From an uncultured Candidatus Rokubacteria bacterium (GTDB lineage: Bacteria; Methylomirabilota; Methylomirabilia; Rokubacteriales; DASRDR01), in assembly GCA_963812945.1 (NCBI GenBank), contig CAWEXD010000008.1, positions 256,172 to 320,171 of the forward strand: a stretch of DNA of 64,000 nucleotides, written 5' to 3'. Of this stretch, positions 59,058 through 64,000 are shown piece by piece. The notes beneath the pieces are model-generated. The model had not been told where the DNA came from. It saw nothing but the letters and a program-made list of their open reading frames with translations, and made no database searches. The translations under genes and the position numbers were made by a program. Every line of letters starts with the position of its first letter. The first letter of the stretch is position 1.

Positions 59058-60025
59058 TGGGCGTGATGAGCGGCGCGCCGCTCCTCGAAACCCGGGACCT
59101 TCGGACCTACTTCCGCCGCGGCGGATGGCTCCGTCCGGTGCGCTGGCTGCGGGCCGTCGACGGCGTGAGCCTCGCCCTCGGCCGCCAGGAAACGCTGGGC
59201 CTGGTGGGCGAGTCTGGCTCGGGGAAGACGACGCTCGGCCGGACCATCCTCCGCTTGGTGGAGCCGACGGCGGGGCGGATCTTCCTCGGCGGCCAGGAGA
59301 TCACCGGCCTTTCTCAGGCGGCCCTGCGCCCCCTTCGCCAGCGGATGCAGATCGTCTTCCAGAATCCCTACGCCTCGCTCAATCCTCGGCGGCGGGTCGG
59401 CGCGATCGTCGGGCAGCCCCTCGCCGTGCACCGGGTCCCGGGAGATCATGCCCGCATGGTCGACGACCTCCTCCGGCGGGTGGGGCTGTCCCCGGACGCG
59501 GCCGGCCGGTACCCCCATGAGTTCTCGGGCGGCCAGCGCCAGCGAATCGCGATCGCGCGAGCCCTCGCGCTCCGGCCGGACCTGGTGGTCGCCGACGAGA
59601 TCACCTCGGGGCTCGACGTGACGGTGAAGCTGCGCGTCCTCGCGCTGCTGCGGGAGCTCCAGGCGGAGTTCCAGGTCGCCTACCTCTTCATCTCCCACGA
59701 CCTCGCGGTGGTCCGGCAGATCGCCGACCGGGTGGCCGTCATGTACCTCGGGCAGATCGTCGAGGAAGCGCCGACCGACGTCCTCTTCGAGCGGCCGCTC
59801 CACCCCTACACGCGGGTGCTGCGAGCGTCGGCGCCGCCACCCGACCCCACGGCCACGTGGCGGCCCCCGGTTCTGCCGGGCGATCCCCCGAGTCCCCTGG
59901 CGGTCCCGGCCGGGTGCCGGTTCCACCCGCGCTGCCCGATTGCCGAGACCCGCTGCCGGGTGGAGCCCCCGGCCTTCCGACTGCTCGGCCCGGGTCACCG
60001 CGTGGCCTGCCACCTGGCGTCGTGA
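59054..60025 (+). CDS. ABC transporter ATP-binding protein (DppF/OppF-like)
   Basis: It has the Walker A motif GESGSGKTT, the signature FSGGQRQR and Walker B VVADEITSGLD. The ATGA start overlaps the DppD stop. Confidence 0.9.
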   Translation: MMGVMSGAPLLETRDLRTYFRRGGWLRPVRWLRAVDGVSLALGRQETLGLVGESGSGKTTLGRTILRLVEPTAGRIFLGGQEITGLSQAALRPLRQRMQIVFQNPYASLNPRRRVGAIVGQPLAVHRVPGDHARMVDDLLRRVGLSPDAAGRYPHEFSGGQRQRIAIARALALRPDLVVADEITSGLDVTVKLRVLALLRELQAEFQVAYLFISHDLAVVRQIADRVAVMYLGQIVEEAPTDVLFERPLHPYTRVLRASAPPPDPTATWRPPVLPGDPPSPLAVPAGCRFHPRCPIAETRCRVEPPAFRLLGPGHRVACHLAS

Positions 60026-60507
60026 CTGACGAGGACGCGGTCCGACAGGCGACCGCGCTCTGGCAGCAGGGCTGCCAGCTCCAGATGGCCGGCGAGCTCG
60101 ACCGGGCGATCGAGGCGTACAAGCGGTCGATCGCGATCCACCCGACCGCGGAGGCGCACACCTACCTCGGCTGGACGTACAGCTTCCAGGGCAAGATCGA
60201 CGAGGCGACCGCCGAGTGCCGCCGGGCGATCGAGATCGACCCGGAGTTCGGCAACCCGTACAACGACATCGGCGTCTACCTCATGCAGAAGGATCGCCTG
60301 GACGAGGCGATCCCGTGGTTCGAGAGGGCGAAGCTGGCGAAGCGCTACGAGCCGAAGCAGTTCCCCTACATGAACCTCGGGCGCATCCACCTCCGGCGGG
60401 GCCAGTGGTGGGACGCGCTCCGCGAGTTCGAGGGCGCGGTGCGCGTGGCCCCGACCGACGTCGAGGCGCGGAAGGCGCTCCACACGCTGCGCGGGCGGCT
60501 CAACTAG
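60022..60507 (+). CDS. TPR-repeat protein
   Basis: 161 aa. The GTG start overlaps the DppF stop (GTGA). It has three TPR units. Confidence 0.6.
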   Translation: MTDEDAVRQATALWQQGCQLQMAGELDRAIEAYKRSIAIHPTAEAHTYLGWTYSFQGKIDEATAECRRAIEIDPEFGNPYNDIGVYLMQKDRLDEAIPWFERAKLAKRYEPKQFPYMNLGRIHLRRGQWWDALREFEGAVRVAPTDVEARKALHTLRGRLN

Positions 60508-60511
60508 GGCC

Positions 60512-61255
60512 GTGACACCGCTCTCCGGACGGGCGGCGCTCGTCACCGGCGCGACGCGCGGGATTGCCCGCGGCATCGCGCTCGACCTTGCCCGCCAGGG
60601 CTGGGCCGTCGCCATCTCGTTCCGGACTGACGCTGGGGCGGCCGACGCGACCCGGGGCGCCCTCGAGGCGGCGGGCGCGCCGGCGCTCGCGATCCGCGCG
60701 GATCTCGGCGAGGCGGCCGAGGCGCGGGCGCTCGTCGCTCGGGTAGAAGCGACCTGGGGTCGCCTCGATGCCCTCGTGCACGGGGCCGGGCCCTACCATG
60801 ATGGGCCGCTCCTCGAGGAGACGCCGGAGCGATGGCGGGACACGTTCCGCCAGAACCTGGATCCGCTCCTCTTCCTCGCCCAGGCGGCGGCGCCCGGGAT
60901 GCAGGCGCGGCGCTGGGGCCGGATCCTCGGACTCGGTCTCGCGACGGCGGACCGTCTCAGCGCTCAGCCCAACGAGACCGCCTACTACATCGCCAAGACC
61001 GGCCTGCTCGTCCTGGTGCGCTCGCTCGCGAAGGTCCTCGCCCCAGATGGCATCACCGTGAACGCGGTGTCCCCGGGGATCGTCGAGACGGAGGGGCGCC
61101 CGCGGCCGGAGCTCGACGCGTTCCTGCCGCGGATTCCCGCGGGGCACTTGGGACGTGTCGACGACGTGGTGGCCGCGGCGCGTTTTCTTCTGTCGGACGA
61201 CGCCCGCTACGTCACCGGAGCGAACATCCACGTGAGCGGAGGCTGGGGACTGTGA
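60512..61255 (+). CDS. SDR-family oxidoreductase
   Basis: 247 aa with a GTG start. It has the TGATRGIARGIA dinucleotide motif and the YYIAK catalytic pair. Confidence 0.85.
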   Translation: MTPLSGRAALVTGATRGIARGIALDLARQGWAVAISFRTDAGAADATRGALEAAGAPALAIRADLGEAAEARALVARVEATWGRLDALVHGAGPYHDGPLLEETPERWRDTFRQNLDPLLFLAQAAAPGMQARRWGRILGLGLATADRLSAQPNETAYYIAKTGLLVLVRSLAKVLAPDGITVNAVSPGIVETEGRPRPELDAFLPRIPAGHLGRVDDVVAAARFLLSDDARYVTGANIHVSGGWGL

Positions 61256-61272
61256 CGCCGGAGCCGGCCGGA

Positions 61273-61308
61273 GCCAGAGCTGCCAGAGTTGCCAGAGCTG
61301 CCAGAGCT
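61273..61308. repeat. intergenic 9-bp microsatellite, GCCAGAG(C/T)T x4
   Basis: Four head-to-tail copies lie between the SDR stop and the enoyl-CoA hydratase ATG at 61320. Confidence 0.85.
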
Positions 61309-61319
61309 GGAGGAACGAG

Positions 61320-62099
61320 ATGACCACGCCGTTCCGTCACCTCGCCGTCACGCACACCGGGGGGGTCGCCACCGTCGTCTTCGACCGGCCGCCAGTCAAC
61401 GCGGTGGACCTCGGGGTGATCGACGAGTTCCTGAGGCTCGTCGGAGCGCTGGCGGCCGACCGCGCCGTGCGGGCGGTGATCCTCACCGGCCGGGAGCGAC
61501 GGTTCTGCGCCGGCGCCGATATCGCAATGCTGCAGGACCTCTCCCCGGAGCACCAGCATCGGGTGCGCCGGTGGGTCGACGTGCAGACGGGGCTGGAGGC
61601 CATGGAGAAGCCGGTGGTGGCAGCCATCAACGGCTACGCGCTAGGGGGCGGCGCGGAGCTGGCGCTCGCCTGTGACCTCCGGCTCATGGCCCGGGGCGCG
61701 GAGATCGGGTTTCCCGAGATCCGTCTCGGCTTCTTCCCGGGCGCCGGCGGCACGCAGCGCCTGACGCGCCACGTGGGGCCGGCACGGGCGCTCCGGCTCA
61801 TGATGGAGGGGCGGCGCCTCACGGCCGACGAAGCGCGCGCCCTCGGGCTGGTCGACGAGGTCGTGCCGGCGGATCTGCTTCAGCAGACCGCGCGCGACGT
61901 GGCGGAGCGCCTGGCGACCGGGCCCACGCGCGCGATCGGGCTCCTCAAGCGGTGCGTGTACCAGGGTCACGGCCGGCCTCTCCAGGAGGGGCTCGCCCTC
62001 GAGGCGGAGGCGGTGTGGGAGCTGATCGGAACGGCCGACGCCCGCGAGGGGCTCGACGCGTTCCTCGCGAAGCGCCCGCCCCGATTCACGGGCGCCTGA
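61320..62099 (+). CDS. enoyl-CoA hydratase/isomerase
   Basis: 259 aa with a crotonase fold. It has FCAGADI and the catalytic region GYALGGGAELALACDLR. Confidence 0.9.
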   Translation: MTTPFRHLAVTHTGGVATVVFDRPPVNAVDLGVIDEFLRLVGALAADRAVRAVILTGRERRFCAGADIAMLQDLSPEHQHRVRRWVDVQTGLEAMEKPVVAAINGYALGGGAELALACDLRLMARGAEIGFPEIRLGFFPGAGGTQRLTRHVGPARALRLMMEGRRLTADEARALGLVDEVVPADLLQQTARDVAERLATGPTRAIGLLKRCVYQGHGRPLQEGLALEAEAVWELIGTADAREGLDAFLAKRPPRFTGA

Positions 62100-62152
62100 C
62101 GAGCGGCGCGCGTCGGGCCCGACCGTGCCTAGACCGAGGCGACGCGCACGAA

Positions 62153-62770
62153 TCAGGCCGCCGTCTCGTCCGTGTCCGGGCGGAACTGGACGCTGATCCG
62201 GGGGCCGGCGAGCGCCATCTTGGGCACCGCGTGCTGCCAGGTCCGCTGGCAGCTCCCGCCCATCACGAGGAGGTCCCCCCAGCCGAGGTCGAAGGCGCGC
62301 GACGGGCCGCCCGCGACCGGCCGCAAGAGGAACCGCCGCGGCGCGCCGACGGACAGGATGGCGACCACCGTGTCGTCGACGAGGCGGCCCATCCGGTCGC
62401 CGTGCCACGCCACGCTGTCGTGGCCGTCCCGGTAGTAGGCCAGGGAGATCCGGTCGAGGGCCATCCCGTAGCGGCGCGACAGGGCGGCCGACGCCTCGCC
62501 GAGCACGGGGTGGCCGGGCCCGTCCTCGGGCACCTCCGCGACGAGTCGGGGAACGTCGACGACCCGCTCGTACATGCGCCGGCGCTGGTGCCGCCACCGG
62601 GTCGTCGCCCGAAGGCTGTCGAAGAGCGCCTCGTGGCCCTCGAGCCAGCCGGGCAGGTGATCGACCCAGGCGCGACCGGCAAGGGGGATACGATCGACGC
62701 CGCGCAGATCAGCGTCGACTCGGGGCTCCTCGTGGCCGAAAAGAGTGCCCTGCGCTGCAGGGACTCCCAT
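62153..62770 (-). CDS. alkB: alpha-ketoglutarate-dependent dioxygenase AlkB
   Basis: 205 aa with an AlkB fold (HxD...H iron triad region; WHGDRMGRL; RISVQFR). Confidence 0.8.
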   Translation of the reverse strand: MGVPAAQGTLFGHEEPRVDADLRGVDRIPLAGRAWVDHLPGWLEGHEALFDSLRATTRWRHQRRRMYERVVDVPRLVAEVPEDGPGHPVLGEASAALSRRYGMALDRISLAYYRDGHDSVAWHGDRMGRLVDDTVVAILSVGAPRRFLLRPVAGGPSRAFDLGWGDLLVMGGSCQRTWQHAVPKMALAGPRISVQFRPDTDETAA

Positions 62771-62829
62771 GGTCCGAGTGTACTCGTCATATGTTGCGTG
62801 TCAACCAAGAGGGCACGGGCCAACCCAGG

Positions 62830-64000
62830 TCAGGCGGGCGGCAGTACCTCGACCTCCGTGAGAGTGAGCCACTCGGACCCAGCGGCCTCCCCGGGCCGGC
62901 GGGGGCGAGGCGCCGGCCGCCCCTCCTGGTGGCTCCAGAGCCTGACCCGCAGCGCGTAGAGGCCCGGAGGGAGGTGCCGCGGGAAGGCGATCCCGGAAGA
63001 ATGCCGCACCAACTCGCCCGGCTGCCACGACGTCGCCGGATACGGGTGCCCCAGGGGCGCCACGTCTCCGGAGACCCGGCGCCTCCCGTCGCTCAGCCGG
63101 ATCGCAAGAGAGAGACCGCTGTCGAGCGGTTGCCTGGCCGACCAGAAGGACGTGACGGTGAGACCTTCACCGGCGCGAACGGCCGAGCTGCTCAGCGTGA
63201 AGCCGTGGAGCCGGATGGCGTCGTCGAAGTCGGTCTCGCGCGCCCGGGCCGGCGTGAAGGTCTCGACACGCCGTGCGGCCAAGGTCGCGGCCTCCGCCGA
63301 CCGACCGGTGGCCCGGTAGAGGCGCACCAGTCGGTCGACACCGTCCGAGCCCGGATAGAGCCCCTCCCGGAGCGCGGTCTCGAGATGGGCGAGCGCGCGA
63401 TCGGCCTGGCCGGCCGCCTCGTAGAGGGCAGCGATCCTGAGCCGGGCCTCGAGCGGGGACAGGACCTCGAGGGCCTCGTAGGCGAGCCCTGGCGGCGCGG
63501 GGCCGAGGCCGGGCAGCCGAAGATCGTGGAGTATGGTCAAGTCCCCGAGCGAGGTTTGCTCGCGCGCGAACCCGAGTGTCTGGACCCGGTTCTCGACGTC
63601 ACGCACCCCGACGAGGAGCGCGTACGCCAGCGGGTCGGTTTGACGTGCCCGCGCGGTGTGCGGCGGATACCGATCGGGTCCACCCCGGAGGGGCACGCCG
63701 ACGACGCGCTCGCCGCTCTCGAAGGACAGGCGTGGCCCGATCCAGTAGCTGGTGGCCACGATCGGGATGCCCCGCGCCGCGAAGAACGCCAGGGCTGGCT
63801 CGAGCGAGGCGGGCGCCTCCCGCGGGGTGATCCAGGGAGCCAGGAGCTGTCCCGCCAGGTTCACGGCGAGGACCATGGCCCCCAGGGCGGTCGCCCCCCT
63901 GCGCCAGCCGCGGCGCCAGAGCGCGGCGAGGAGCGCCGCCAAGTAGAGCGGCACGACGGCCGCAATCGGGAGCAGGTACCTCGGCTCGGAGACGAACCAG
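62830..64000 (-). CDS. C-terminal part of a large membrane/TPR-containing protein, possibly a GT-C glycosyltransferase paralog; the N-terminus is off the right edge of the window
   Basis: The ORF stays open to the window edge. It has a TM-containing N-terminal portion, a TPR-like middle and a beta-rich C-terminus. It resembles the C-terminal half of the 4504-7125 product. Confidence 0.45.
   Translation of the reverse strand, partial: WFVSEPRYLLPIAAVVPLYLAALLAALWRRGWRRGATALGAMVLAVNLAGQLLAPWITPREAPASLEPALAFFAARGIPIVATSYWIGPRLSFESGERVVGVPLRGGPDRYPPHTARARQTDPLAYALLVGVRDVENRVQTLGFAREQTSLGDLTILHDLRLPGLGPAPPGLAYEALEVLSPLEARLRIAALYEAAGQADRALAHLETALREGLYPGSDGVDRLVRLYRATGRSAEAATLAARRVETFTPARARETDFDDAIRLHGFTLSSSAVRAGEGLTVTSFWSARQPLDSGLSLAIRLSDGRRRVSGDVAPLGHPYPATSWQPGELVRHSSGIAFPRHLPPGLYALRVRLWSHQEGRPAPRPRRPGEAAGSEWLTLTEVEVLPPA

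Overview
This is a 64 kb window of high-GC (~70%) bacterial chromosome. It is densely coded and uses GTG starts and 4-nt GTGA/ATGA start-stop overlaps between adjacent genes heavily. No rRNA, tRNA, CRISPR array or transposase was recognised. All calls are from reading the sequence and from recalled family motifs, with no database search. Start codons are often ambiguous because of GTG/TTG usage.

The content is mostly metabolic and falls into these blocks:
- An acyl-CoA/aromatic-CoA catabolic island. It holds SDRs, acyl-CoA dehydrogenases, enoyl-CoA hydratases, a bifunctional salicylyl-CoA 5-hydroxylase/OYE fusion, a thiolase with a DUF35 partner, a split B12 acyl-CoA mutase, two SAM methyltransferases, a family III CoA-transferase and a CoxMSL-type molybdenum hydroxylase.
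- Several ABC importers: two Dpp/Opp-like sets, a complete Liv-type set, and two PF04392-type binding proteins.
- An S9 peptidase, a GT-C glycosyltransferase fused to discoidin domains, an NhaD-type antiporter, AlkB and TPR proteins.

The most unusual features are:
1. A tightly coupled five-gene minus-strand operon at 14034-18472 in a frequently recalled gene neighbourhood for this radical-SAM family. It encodes a CMD/AhpD-like protein, an ArsS-like radical SAM protein with a Cys-rich C-terminus, a mercuric-reductase-like disulfide reductase, a DedA protein and a GT2. A SelD-associated-type FAD oxidoreductase and an OYE flank it. The product is unknown, possibly an organo-arsenic or organo-selenium sugar or lipid.
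2. A ParB/Srx-like protein immediately upstream of a TrpB2-type PLP enzyme, a possible phosphoserine-generating and -using pair.
3. A membrane protein with a PRC-barrel tail carrying two near-perfect coding tandem-repeat arrays (27 nt x ~10 and 30 nt x 5).
4. A RelE/RHH toxin-antitoxin pair with palindromic operators, inserted after an ATPase-less permease pair and beside a GntR gene that has a perfect TTGTATACAA operator.
5. An NYN-OST-HTH nuclease-like gene with a divergent PTP and lipoprotein pair, which splits the thiolase from its DUF35 partner.
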